Source of the DNA: Mizuhopecten yessoensis
Lineage: Eukaryota
Assembly: GCF_002113885.1 (NCBI RefSeq)
Contig: NW_018408062.1
Coordinates: 336,073 to 400,072, forward strand
Reading direction: 5' to 3'
Length of the DNA: 64,000 nt
A program made the translations under genes and the position numbers. Below, one piece after another: positions 10,482-23,089 of the stretch (its first letter is position 1; every line of letters begins with the position of its first letter). The notes below the pieces were generated by a model, which did not search any database, was not told where the DNA came from, and was given only the letters and a program-made list of their open reading frames with translations.

Positions 10482-10954
10482 ACAGCCTGATCCTGACCAC
10501 CCATTCCAAACCAATATCGATATCATTCTCGCTATAAAGTCTTACATTAAATCCACAAAAGGTTTGAAACAATTTAGTGGACACCTAATGCAACCAGGAC
10601 ATCTCTCTTCTCATCCCCAATGTCACCTATTCCCTCACTCTTTTACTTCTTTTCTTATTTTACATACCAAGTATTAGGTACTTAATATATGTTAAACGTT
10701 TGGTCATCACGTGATATTTGTACTATTTGATATTAATGGGAGAGATCGTAGTAAGTTGTAATCTGCTTTGACTGTTTAGTGTCAATAAAATATAAAGGTC
10801 AGTAAGCCGCGTCTTTGTTATGAAATATAATATAAATGTCAATCATATCCCACTTTGCTTTGATATACAATGTACACGATGTTTATATATAACAATAACA
10901 ACATCGTTACATGTATATCAAAAACTAAGCAAATTAACTGAGTGTTAATCATCT

Positions 10955-12120
10955 GTATGATGCATCTACTTAACTTAATACTTGAACAAGTGGCATGTCT
11001 ACTGAGCTTATTGCATTGTTACTAGGTGCATGTCTACTTAATTTAATATATTGTAACTAGTGGCATGTCTACTTAATTTAACACAGTGTAACTTGTGGCA
11101 TGTCTACTTAATTTAATATATTGTAACTAGTGGCATGTCTATTTAATTTAACACATTGTAACTAGTGGCATGTCTATTTAATTAAACACATTGTAACTTG
11201 TGGCATGTCTACTTAATTTAACACAGTGTAACTTGTGGCATGTCTTCTTAATTTAACACATTGTAAATAGTGGCATGTCTATTTTATTAAGTAGACATGC
11301 CCCAAGTTACAAAATATTATATTAGGTAGACATGCCACAAGTTAAAATGTGTTAAATTAAATCGACATGCCACTAGTTCCAATTTATTAAATTAAGTAGA
11401 CACGCCACAAGTTACACTGTTTTAAATTAAGTAGACATGCCACACATTGTAACTTGTGGCATTTCTACTTAATTTAACACATTGTAACTAGTGGCATGTC
11501 TATTTAATTTAACACAGTGTAACCTGTGGCATGTCTACTTGATTTAATATAATGTAACTAGTGGCATGTCTACTTAATTTAACACAGTGTAACTTGTGGC
11601 ATGTCTACTTAATTTAATATATTGTAACTAGTGGCATGTCTATTTTATTTAACACATTGTAAGTAGTGGCATGTCTATTTAATTTAACACATTGTAAGTA
11701 GTGGCATGTCTTTTTAATTTAACACATTGTAAGTAGTGGCATGTCTACTTAATTTAATACATTGTAACTAGTGGCATGGCTATTTAATTTAACACATTGT
11801 AAGTAGTGGCATGTCTATTTAATTTAACACATTGTAAGTAGTGGCATGTCTACTTAATTTGATACATTGTAACTAGTGGCATGTCTACTTAGCGTAAAAC
11901 ATTGTAACTAGTTGCATGTCTGATTAACCTAATGCATTGTTAATAGTGACATGTCTTCTTCACTTAATACTTTGTAACTAGTGGCATGTCTACTTAGCTT
12001 AATACTTCGTAACTAGTGTCATGTTTACTTAGCTTAATACATTGTAACTAGTTACAGGTCTATTTAACTTAATGCATTGTAACTAGTGACATGTCTACTA
12101 AAGTTAATGCATTGTAACTA
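10955..12120. repeat. 35-bp tandem repeat (~33 copies) with an internal inverted block at 11287..11443
   Basis: Unit ACTAGTGGCATGTCTACTTAATTTAACACATTGTA (TGGCA at 11061, 11096, 11131). The central ~4.5 units read as the reverse complement (TAAGTAGACATGCCAC). Confidence 0.95.
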
Positions 12121-12275
12121 ATTGAATATACAATGTATACTATATGTACATTGTATGTTTATAGGCATTCCTATTCAACTTTATACATTCATCTCTGACT
12201 AATAAAATAATCGTTCTTTTTTACGAGTTTTGTCCCTTATCTTCATTTTGAACTTTTATTCTGTCCTTTTTTCAG

Positions 12276-12497
12276 CGGCATCGTCATCAGTGCTGCATTC
12301 TTTGTCAGTGCCTGAAAGTTCACTTTGCTTCTTGTATGAACACCCAGATGTCTGTAGTGTTGTCTGATACTAGTTTGCACACCATGATTTTTGTACACGC
12401 CTATCCACCATGTGTACTTCCGGTGATGAACATCGAAGTTGAGACTCTCGTAATATGGTTTCAGATACAAAATCTGTTATGACTAAGACCTTCACCG
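12276..12497 (+). other. Candidate 5' UTR exon of the IgGFc-binding-domain gene
   Basis: Polypyrimidine tract + CAG acceptor (12275) and G|GTAGGT donor; more GC-rich than flanks; stops in all three + frames. Confidence 0.4.
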
Positions 12498-12866
12498 GTA
12501 GGTTGCTGGTGACCTACCAACATTCATGAGAACATCGTTTGGTTCTGTTTTTCGTACTTTATTGTTACATTTTATTTTTTTGTGACACTGTGGTAGATAT
12601 TTCTGTTTTGCGGTATGTTTTATGATACAACTATGATATATATAGTAGCACTAAACGTCCAATTTTCTGGCATAACCGCCTTCCAATAGGTATAAAAAGG
12701 CATTCCGCGTTAATATTTTTGAAAGATATCTACAGTTTGTTTCTTTTTATTTTTCGATTTTTCCCCATCTTAATTTTTAAACCATAAACATTTTACTAGT
12801 TGATCGCAAGAAAACAAAATAACCAAGAAGTATGTATGTATACTGAAGTATATCTGATTTTTGCAG

Positions 12867-13091
12867 GCAAACATCACGTAGACAGGAAGGATCAATACAC
12901 AGGTGAAGCATTACATGTCTACAGCCCGACTAATTATCGTGATTGGAATTGTTACCATGGAAACTGCTCTTTCATTGATATACTCCTTCCATCATATCAT
13001 AACCTGTCCAAACATATACTCTCTGTGTCGGACGAGGTCATTTGGAAAGCATCGACTAATCCAAAGAGGAACACTCTTTGATGGCTTTAAG
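12867..13091 (+). other. Candidate 5' UTR exon (contains upstream ATGs) of the IgGFc-binding-domain gene
   Basis: TTTTTGCAG acceptor at 12866 and AAG|GTAGGT donor at 13091/13092, on the same strand and upstream of the first coding exon. Confidence 0.45.
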
Positions 13092-13808
13092 GTAGGTGTT
13101 ATTATAGTAGTACAGATTAGTGTTTAGCAGAACCTCCATTATTTGTTTGTAAATATGGTATGTACAAGGTACTCATTCGGGCTGAAATGAAAATGATCGT
13201 CCTGTTGATCTCTATGTATGTCTGACGCGTAAGTATACATATATAGGTACACTGTACTTTCAGTAACGTAATATGTTATCATACTGCACATTGTTTCGTC
13301 CAAACAAAGAAGAGAAATTAATTTGTTCTTGATGTATAACATGGCCTATCCTAACACTGATCTTCGTAGTCCACAATTTCAATTGTACGACACCGTTGTC
13401 AAAGAATGAAACACAAAGGTATCACATGTACCTATACATTTGATTTATGAAATGCATTGAAAAATATTTTTATGAAAAAAATAATGCATGGACTTTACAG
13501 GTTTTACTGCTATAACTATGTTTGGTCTTTTCGTTTGTATTTTTATAAAATCACTTAGTACACATTGATTTAACAATACTATTTGTATAACGTTGAACAT
13601 TTGTTGATAGGACGTAATACTGTTGAATATTTAATACACCATGTTTTCAATTTATTACTTAAATGTTCAGAAAACAAATCATCATAATTTATTATCGTAC
13701 GATGTTCAGTACACACTGTTAAATATATACAGCGGGACATGTGTTTCACATCACTGACTTGTTTTCTTTCACAGGTACAAATAATGGTATGTGCGATGTC
13801 AAAGCTAC

Positions 13809-13854
13809 ATGCGGACCAACATGAACATGTGTCACCTACCAGTCAGCATTGTAG
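13809..13854 (+). CDS. Coding exon 1 of a membrane-anchored IgGFc-binding-domain protein (start of signal peptide, MRTNMNMCHLPVSIV)
   Basis: Exon 13775..13854 bounded by TTTCACAG and TAG|GTAAGT; in-frame upstream TAA; ATG at 13809 or 13821 (caacATG); the phase-1 end joins the next exon in frame. Confidence 0.7.
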
Positions 13855-14024
13855 GTAAGTACACATATCTTGGAGTATGTTCACCTTGCCTCAATGATAA
13901 AGATTAAGTGACACTTCCCATTGTCTTCGTACAATAGATCATTCACGTAGATACGATATGTATCTGACATAGCGGTACATTGGTACAGACAATGTCACTT
14001 CAAGAGTTCCTATTGTATCGGTGT

Positions 14025-14155
14025 CTCAGTCATCGATGAAGCAGGAGAACCTTTCCCTTCTGGAACACTTGATCTTATTATTTTTTTGCCTTTTCAATGG
14101 TCTCTATGCAAATCGTTCCATTGCTCATTTTCCCCCTGGTTTTATCGATTTTATT
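14025..14155 (+). repeat. Dispersed short repeat (3' module shared with the Penelope-like fragments)
   Basis: GAAGCAGGAGAACCTTTCCCTTCTGGAACACTTGATCTT...CCCTGGTTTTATCGATTTT matches copies at 17160-17300 (-), 41520-41920 and 48180-48240. Confidence 0.65.
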
Positions 14156-15359
14156 TTTTATTTTTTTATTTTTTATAAATGCAAAGTGTCCGTCCATTGG
14201 TACATGTGATTGCATACTTATATATATATATATAGATATTGTGGGCTTTGCTGGCACACAAATTTGATAAGTGGGGAAAACTACAGGTATTTAAAAAGAA
14301 AATCTAAAATAATCGAAATATTACAGAATTAGGATAAGTGAATGATGTATATATATATATCTATTGATTACTTTCTTCTGTATAACGTGCAAGTACTATT
14401 TCCAATTCATTAAACATTGGCAGCATTACTAAATATCCCGTGGGTTTGCGTTCCACGTGTACAGTCTGGTCGCATGTTAATACTATCAGACAAAATTACA
14501 TTTTTCACGCGCCACGCGTACCAACAAGCTTTCTCCAATGTAAAAGAATAACGACTGGGAACTATTACTTTTATGTTACAATAGCAAAAGACTTTTGCTT
14601 TGCTTTTTTGGTGGAAAAAAGGTGTTCTTACAACAAAATGGCTATCAAAGTATTGGTCAAGTGTAGCATAATATGATATAACCCATGTCTTGATAAAATG
14701 CATAATTAAGGAAACCCATAAAGTCAAACCACAATAGAAGACAATCGGAAATCAAAATCAATACTAAAAGACAACAGCAGGAACCTTGCTTTGATACACA
14801 CAGGAAATCAGCTAGGTGACATCGACAGATAACTAGCTTTGAAACATTTTAAATCGGTGATAGCAACATGAAACTAGCTAGGTGATATCAACATGAACTT
14901 AAGGACAAAAAGATAGACAAATACTTACCAAAAAGCTAAAGCCAGTCATATTCATATCATGTAAGTAATTTGTATTCATTCATTATGCATGTATCTGAGG
15001 AAAATCCAGTTTTCATCCATCTGATTTCATAATACCTGTACGGACAATAATAAACATAAAAATTTTCACAACAATCCAAAGTGTTTAAGGATGCTCAACC
15101 CTTTTGCAATTAACCAGAAGAGTTCATTGAAACTTTCACATAATGGTTATGCAACTTTGAAAAGGTGATTATAGTGGGTTTTTTTAAGTGTGTGGCGTTG
15201 CTTGGAACAATCATAGCAATAACAAATGAAAACAAAACTTTTAAACCTTCAAATATTTTATTTATCACAAAATATGTTATTTATCACAAAATATATAAAA
15301 CACGTAACACAAAGTGTTTTTTATTGAAATTATATGGATTAAAGTGATTCTCTACGAGC

Positions 15360-15993
15360 TTAAAGCAGCAAAAAGGTAATGTCATCGACCTTGTAAATTA
15401 GTGAAAGCACGTGAAATGTACATCAGTCCATTTTCATACGCTTCATATATGACCTTCTTGACGTCGTCTGGTCTAATGTCAGTGTGTTCCCTTGAGTCAA
15501 TATATGTCTTTGTATATATGAAGACAACTCTCATCGGAATCAAAGTGGTAACAAAATGAAAAATAAATGAATTATAAAGTCATTGTTTATATTTTGTTCA
15601 ATTTTTCACTCTTTACGTATAAAACTATGCGTCCTATCTGCTTTTAGCTTGTAGATAATCGCTTTTATCCATACCATTTTAGTACAAATTCTTTTTGTAA
15701 CGTTTTTTTTATATATTTCGTTATTAATAAAATATTTGTAGGGTTAATTGACGATGCTTCCGTTCAATTTTTTTATCGTTATTATTGTTCCGAACAATTC
15801 CACACATCAAAAAATATGAAAAATATTAAAATTGACAAAACCTCAATTTTTTGGGGTATTTTTCCAAAAATAATCCCCAGTCTACTCAGAATGTTTAGAT
15901 TTTTATCACTCATCTTTACATTGTTGCATAATCATTATGTGAAAGTTTCATCGTATTCTTCCGGTTATTTGTGAAAGGATGGTGCTTCCTTAA
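15360..15993. mobile_element. Possible decayed non-autonomous Kolobok-like DNA transposon in intron 1
   Basis: Begins TTAAAGCAGCA and ends TGCTTCCTTAA (TTAA flanks, short imperfect inverted termini), with a subterminal GTGAAAGTTTCATCG motif of the kind seen in such MITEs. Weak evidence. Confidence 0.3.
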
Positions 15994-16490
15994 GACAGAT
16001 ACTGGTGCAGATTTTCTCAAAAATGCAAAAATGACAGCATTATTTTTTTAATATGTGCATTAATATGATATTTATTTTTATCAGACATGTAGAGGTATAG
16101 ATCTAAGATAAAAGTTAGAAAAGAAAAGGCTTACCCAGCTGGAAACATGGTAAGGTGTGGGGTTTTTTTCAGTTTAATATTTCATCTTTGTGTTTTGATT
16201 TTTGGGTTCGGATGTTGTCGGATATATAACTCTGCGAGGCAATCCATCCTCTTATTGTGTTTTCATCTTGTCGTTTATGTTATTTATGTAAGTGTTTATG
16301 TTTGTCTTGGCAACAGGACAGGTGATAAATATGTTCTAGCTGTCTTTATTACGTCCAAAAATTTAAAGGATTTTTTAACAAATACGTATCAACTACCCAT
16401 ATTGGACCATAGTGTCGTCATAACCCGTTAGACTTCCTATGTATGTATTTCTTTTTTTTATTAACTCGTTATTCTTTTCACTGTTTGCAG

Positions 16491-16538
16491 CACTCTATTC
16501 ACTGTTCCGGATGGTGTCCTGCTTCACATATGAACAAG
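16491..16538 (+). CDS. Coding exon 2 (ALYSLFRMVSCFTYEQ; end of signal peptide)
   Basis: TTTGCAG acceptor, AAG|GTAAGT donor, 48 nt, phase 1-1, completes the hydrophobic leader. Confidence 0.75.
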
Positions 16539-17159
16539 GTAAGTCGTTTTGCAGATTATATTTTTAATTTAAGTGCATATAAGTTCACTTGGTAATAAGT
16601 AAAGGCTTAACCCAATGTTTCGATGTTTGTACCACATAAAATACTCGAAAAGGTATAATAATTCGCAAAGACACGCGGAAAATAGCAAAGGTTCAGAAAG
16701 TGTTAGTCCCCTATTGAATTTTTTAAGGTTACATGGTTATGGCAAAGTTGTGATAAAAATACGAAAAAAGGAAATAGCATCGCAGATACTTTTATCACTG
16801 TTCGGACATGGGACAATATATTTTATCTTATTTATATAATATCGTTTAATAAAGTGAAGCAAACCGTCAAAAATAAAACAATAAACCGAAGCGTCACTAA
16901 TGCATCTTAAACCATAGCTTCATTTTTACATAAATATATCAGAAAGCTTACACTGTCAATATATGTCGGCGAATCACTCACACAAGTAAAACCACAGCGT
17001 CACTTATATTACAAAATAGCGTTATTAATGCAAAAAGTATGCCACAGCGTTGGTACTTATGAAAATACGTTAGCGTACACATAGTATCATCTGTTTAAAA
17101 AATGTCACAGCATCACTTTTACATAAACAAGAGCATATTGAAGTATCAACAAAACTATG

Positions 17160-17305
17160 ATACGAACTCAAAATCGATAGAACTACATTTAGATATGAAC
17201 AAAGGATAAATTAACACTGAGACCCTTGAAAAAGTCAAAAAATAATAATAAGACCAGGTGTTCCGGAAGGGTAAGCGTCTTCTCCTTCATTGACGACAAC
17301 CGCCA
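17160..17305 (-). repeat. Dispersed short repeat, intronic reverse-orientation copy of the same module
   Basis: Reverse complement reads GAAGGAGAAGACGCTTACCCTTCCGGAACACCTGGTCTT...GTTCTATCGATTTTGAGTTC. Confidence 0.65.
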
Positions 17306-18607
17306 AGTCTTAAGCACGTCATGTCATGTCTTCACTGAAATAACTCGGGCAGTGACAACAAATCCACAAGGCTCACCAATAATCATAATAACAAAAATAA
17401 TCTGCATGTCACACGAATAAACATATACTGGATGTTAGTTACAAAGAACATTATACAACAGTTTAAATATTCATAACTGATAAATGCACAATATAAAAAG
17501 CTTTGCATGTTTTTTAAAACAAATATACAATCGCGATTACTAAATACACCGAAGAGTCAAAAACTCAAAAAGACAATAATATATGTTAAAAGACTATTCA
17601 AATATTCCTTTTTATCATGTTTTGCATCATTAAGCCGTGTCAAACACTCAAACATTATTTTACCTTGTGACGTAGACTAAAAGATATAAAAGTTTCGTTT
17701 TATGTTCATAAGGTTTTATAATGAAAATTATAAGATTTCTTAAATTCACCAATCACATGATTTTGAATGTACACTGTATGTTAAAAGATTTAATATCAAC
17801 CACCAACTACAAGACTTTTCGAATCGGAATAAAAAAATATATCCTTATACCTCACAAGATCCGGGTTGTTCACTACAACACTTCAAATATGAGAATTAAA
17901 TCTCAAATATTAATTACATATTTGAATACGAATCACAAGTTTTATAATATAAACCCTGCAAGTTAGAACACAAATAACACAATTAAGAATGCAATGTAAT
18001 CAAAAGATTAAAAAACATATAATTATCAAAAGGTGACTGCAATGTTTGTTACAACACATATCATTGGGAAATCCATTTGAATATACTATGTCATACGGTC
18101 ATGTCATAAATATGGTATTACATACGTGTAATAAAACCTAAAGATGAAGCGATTGGTCAAACCATGGGAACATATTCCTATGCTACAAGAGGTACTACTT
18201 ATATTGACTATAATAAATGATACATTTAATGCTACTTTAAATATATTTGGAATGCCAGTTTGGTTAGTAAATTCATTGCATTTGAAACTGTTCATCATTT
18301 AAAGAAAATCTGTAACTACTGTGCACTGCGCGGAACGACAATACTGTGATTGGAACACCTTGTTCTTTCACCTTTATAGAGTCATTTGAAAAAGAAACAC
18401 AACCATCTGATACATATAATTGTGTTTTTTTTTCAAACTATAAACGTTATGTGATAAATAGAATTATACATACGTGTCCATATTATATTGAATTAGTAAA
18501 TCTCTTATTGGCTTGTGTCAGGTTAACTTGTAACTCGTTTATGACATTTAGTATTATATAAACACTCATGTAAGCTCCTCTATGTAATACACATTTAAAT
18601 ATTTCAG

Positions 18608-18826
18608 ACGTACCTGACACTAACGGCAAACTATTCTTTTATGTAACTCCCTTGTGCTCGGACAATGCTAAACCTATCCTGTTCATCGTCCCTCAGTCAT
18701 CCCGATCCTGTTTTGCAACCATAGCAACGCCCTTCAACGTCACAAACGTTCGTTTCAACAACGGTTTGTCTCGCAGATTCTCGGTGGATTGTGTGGAACC
18801 CAAATGGAACAGTCTTGGTGAAATTG
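18608..18826 (+). CDS. Coding exon 3 (DVPDTNGKLFFYVTPLCSDNAKPILFIV...), N-terminal region of an IgGFc-binding-protein-like ectodomain
   Basis: TTTCAG acceptor, G|GTAAAG donor, 219 nt, phase 1-1. PDxxGxxF is the typical start of FCGBP-like N-termini. Confidence 0.85.
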
Positions 18827-19055
18827 GTAAAGCCTAACGATTTCAAACTCTTAGAATTACACAACAATTTTCCGTGTGAATGTATTCTATTTTAATATTT
18901 GTCTCTTTTTGTTTCAAATAATTGATAAACATATTAAGTAATCATTCATCATAATGAAAGAAAATTTTATGTTTCGACGTCAAGACGTTGATAGACAAAA
19001 TTGTATCTAACTGTAAGAAATATGTAAGGTTTAAAATACTTACTCATTTCTACAG

Positions 19056-19547
19056 GAGGCCAAATCCGGTCGACTTGTGAATTAACAGTCTACGTGGAGT
19101 ACAGTAATGACAATTACCTCGTCCATCCTCTGGATATCGCTGGGAACAAGTACACTGTCGCAGTTCCTGCTGACTTCACGTCTTGGGAGTGTTTCATCGC
19201 CATATTCCCAGTACGTAACGCAACCAACGTCACCGTCATGGCGGAAGCGCCGACAACTGATTACGTCCTGATCGACGACAGTAGCTGGACCAAATACGAC
19301 TCCAAGTACAAGATGATGGTTACCCTCTACGAATTTGAAACAATTTATATCAAGTGTGCTTGTAGTTTGTCTGGTGTAGAAATCATATCACCAAATGCCT
19401 TCTTGGTTGTTGCTGGCGCCATACCAATACATCCTAGCCCTCGAGCAATTCTTATTGAACAACTTTCGTCGGAAACTACATGGGGTCGACAGTTCTTGTT
19501 TCCAATGCCAACTCTTGTTAACATCACAGCGACATTGTATATATTTG
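19056..19547 (+). CDS. Coding exon 4, IgGFc-binding protein N-terminal (IgGFc_binding-type) domain
   Basis: CTACAG acceptor, G|GTATGT donor, 492 nt, phase 1-1. Motifs DNYLVHPLDIAGNKY, FIAIFP..NATNVTV, LYEFETIYI, LSGVEIIS, LIEQLSSETTWGRQF. Confidence 0.9.
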
Positions 19548-19966
19548 GTATGTATCTGCTAATTCACATTTTTGTTTCTTTATAAATGTAATATCGTTTA
19601 ATTTTTTTGTGTGTATTTACTTATTTATAAAATTGTTTTATCGCTTCGAATTTACCATCTCTTTTAACTAAAGCATCTTGATCGAACATATTTATGTATC
19701 AAATATGTATTGATTTTGTCATAAATTGAAGTAAATACAATGTAACATAACTTCTATAAATATCAATTTTTATGTTTATTTTTCTCATAACTATGTATAT
19801 CTGAGTTTAATGATGATATGTTAATTACGGATTATACAACATGGATGCTCTGTGTGTACTGATAAATCATTTCCGGCTATGATTTAACTGGCAATATTAT
19901 GTTCGATACAATACATAATCTGTCATGTAGATGAATTATAAATACACATTTTGTTGTTTGTTACAG

Positions 19967-20817
19967 GTAAAAACAATACAGCTGGTCTGTTTGTTAATAC
20001 TGATCGTGTTAACCCTAGTTTTGTGTCTATATCATCATTCCCCCACATCCTGGAGATCGAAGCAGATGAATACATCCACGTTATATCACCCAACTCGTCC
20101 GTCTTACCCATGGTGCTGATGGAAACTTTGAATAATGACAGAGACGTCAGATTCATGTACATGACCCTACCACCAGTGTCACAGTGTCTTCCGAGACATC
20201 GATTCAACGACGACAGAGGAAACCGAAGTATGGCGATGTCTCTTTGGGGTACATTCGGATACAACTACCTGATTAATTCGCAGAACCTTACAAAGACAGC
20301 ACAAGTCACGAATTTTACTCATGACAACATATACCTTTATACAAATTTTGAAAGTTATCTTAGTTTTGAGATAATACCGAAACGACATACAACATTATTT
20401 CCGTCTGTCTGTGGTATTGTTGAAATTGCACGTAGAAAACAATATCATCTTTATTCACTTGGAATGCGGCAAACGAATGTATTCGATTCATGCGTCATTT
20501 CCGGCAAACTGACATTTACAGCAGCAGATGGAAATGATAACGACTGCGATGGTTTGGTGGACGAGGAACTCAGAAATAAGCGTGACGATGATGGAGATGG
20601 TTTAATCGACGAAGATGTTGGCTCGTGGACGAACGTTAGACGACAGGTTGATGGCGAGGAGGCATTGGTGATGGAGGGGGCCTTAGTTGCCGTCATCATT
20701 TCTATCGTAGTGGCGTTGTTTGCCGTAATAGCCTTTATAGGAGGGATGGTTGTGGCCGACCAGCTGCTGGGCGGAAACAGTGTAGCACCCGTTCTGGATA
20801 GTCCAGATTTACAGTAA
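19967..20817 (+). CDS. Terminal coding exon 5: rest of the IgGFc-binding-type region, DGNDNDCDGLVDEE/DDDGDGLIDED acidic motifs, transmembrane helix, short cytoplasmic tail
   Basis: TTACAG acceptor, phase 1, open to TAA at 20815-20817. MTLPPVSQ motif; ALVAVIISIVVALFAVIAFIGGMVV hydrophobic stretch. Spliced CDS totals 1656 nt = 551 aa + stop. Confidence 0.92.
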
Positions 20818-21579
20818 ATCTCAGGTAGAATATCAACTGGTTCAAACGTATTAGTATTACAATATCTGCACAGATATAAATGTTCTCTCTTAGGGAGTGG
20901 ATACTTAAGTTGAATCTCAGTATTATAGCATATCGGATAGAAAGTAAGATCCATTGTTATTGCACCATCTAAACTCGAGAATCATAGATCGCACAACATC
21001 TCCTACAGAATATATCAACATGTATGTTTATCAGGTTTACTACATGTACCAGTGCTAAAGATCTATAAATTACACAGAGCTCGATAAAAACATACTAACA
21101 CTATAATAATAATCCAATTTTACATTAGTATCAAGTCTTTACATTAAATATAACACATTAATGATGCATGTTACGTTTTCTTACAAATGATGAAAAATAA
21201 TATCTTTCACTAGAATTCTTTTTCTTTTATGGTCGAATGTGAATATATAATTACTTGTAATTAAAATCACGGAAATAGCACGTGGTTACGTCATAAAACA
21301 AGGTGCGCTTATTCACATATCTCTTTTTTCACAACACACACTCACACACTTTTTACCCATCTTTTCTAATTTCAAATATCAATTGCTTACGGCAAAACAA
21401 TAGTTTGTGATAAACACTACTTTTGTCATTGATATGACACATGATGACACATGTTTGTTACATAGGAAAAACGGATCCTTCCAAAACATTTACATTTTCA
21501 CTGGTGTGTTGTATAAATGACACACGACAAACAAAAATGTTTCTCAATTACATTCTACCAACAAATATTTTACACTACA

Positions 21580-22150
21580 TTCAACCCACAAAGACATCAA
21601 AAACAAAACAAATACATGTACCAGCATTTAGCCTAAACACAACAAACACTTATTTTTCATCTTAATACACAAACAACAAATATACTTAAAACTAACAAAT
21701 TACCAACACATACATGTATATGCCAGGTTAACACACAGCTAAAAGATACATTATAAATTAACACAAAATCAACACTGGTATTTTACACTAACACACAACT
21801 AACAGATAAAGTCATTATCGACATGCAAAAACAAACATATGTTACACTAACAAACTACCAAACACTGTATCGGACACGTATACACAAACTACAAGTGTAT
21901 TTTACAGTAACACGTGAGACGGAACTGGACATAATGTAATATTAACTAACACACAACAACCACACATATTTCATATTTACACTCCACAAACACATTTATT
22001 TCATACTAACACACAACAAACACATTATTTCATACTAACAGACAACAAACCCATTCATTGTATACTAACACTAAAAAAAAATATGTTTTATTTTAACACA
22101 CACCAAACACATTTATTTCGTACTTAAACACAACAAATACATTATTATTC
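21580..22150. repeat. Degenerate CA-rich ~30-bp tandem repeat
   Basis: Recurring ACACACAACAAACACATTTATTTCATACTA-like units, clearest at 21945-22145. Confidence 0.7.
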
Positions 22151-23089
22151 GCGCCACACATGGCTTGCAATTTTATTTCAATTATATAACAGTAGTATTT
22201 CTTTTGTACTTTGTCATGCAACAAATATTTCAAAATTAATTATGATTATTGTTATCCTTTTGTAAGCAATAACACGGCCATGTTATATACCCTAGATGGA
22301 ATGTTATCCAACTGCCCTATGTGTCCGTTCTAGGAATGGCGTGTCTAGATGCGATACTAACAGTTTTACATTACTCAGCAAATGTCCCCAACGATACCAG
22401 TCTGGCCTGAAGTATTGTGATTTTTATGTTTTGACAATCGACGTCCGGAAAAAAGTAATGTATTAAGGAATTCAGGCATTTTTCCTTTGAACTTTCAATT
22501 TTAACATTTATTAGAAAATATTTTAACTGTAATAAATGTATTCGTCGGGGATAATATCATTTTATGATATATCACATACCTTCCTTAAAAAACAGTACGT
22601 GTCATTAATACATTTTTGTTTCAGGCATTTGATGAAAGGTTAAATCCCATCAACACAAAAACAGAACAGGTGTTTAGAATTTTATTTGTGCGTAATGTTT
22701 TGCATAAACATTATGTTAAATGGTGAAGAATCACTAGCAACTTCATTCATTTCATTTTTAAAAGCACATTTTGAAAAATATTTTAGGAATTTAAAGAACT
22801 CAAATAAGAATTCATTACTTATCGAAAATATACATGATATGTATCGAAACTAATAAGGTTATTGCCACTGTTTTAATGGACACATGCTCATTACATAGGG
22901 GTATTATATATCGTATTACACGTATATGAAATTATGCAACATCGTATTATGTTATATCAATGGAATCTGTACATCTATATGAACTTGATCTCGCTTCTGT
23001 TTGCATGGTCCCAAATGCCACGAGAAATCATTACTTAGAACGAGGCAATAACGTATAAGTGTGCGTGATTTTTCTTTGAACTGTTTGGA

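Noticed and set aside
12243-12470. Minus-strand ORF containing WWIGVYK, reminiscent of C-type lectin WIG motifs
   Set aside because: No conserved cysteines or supporting minus-strand exons; the splice signals here favour a plus-strand exon.
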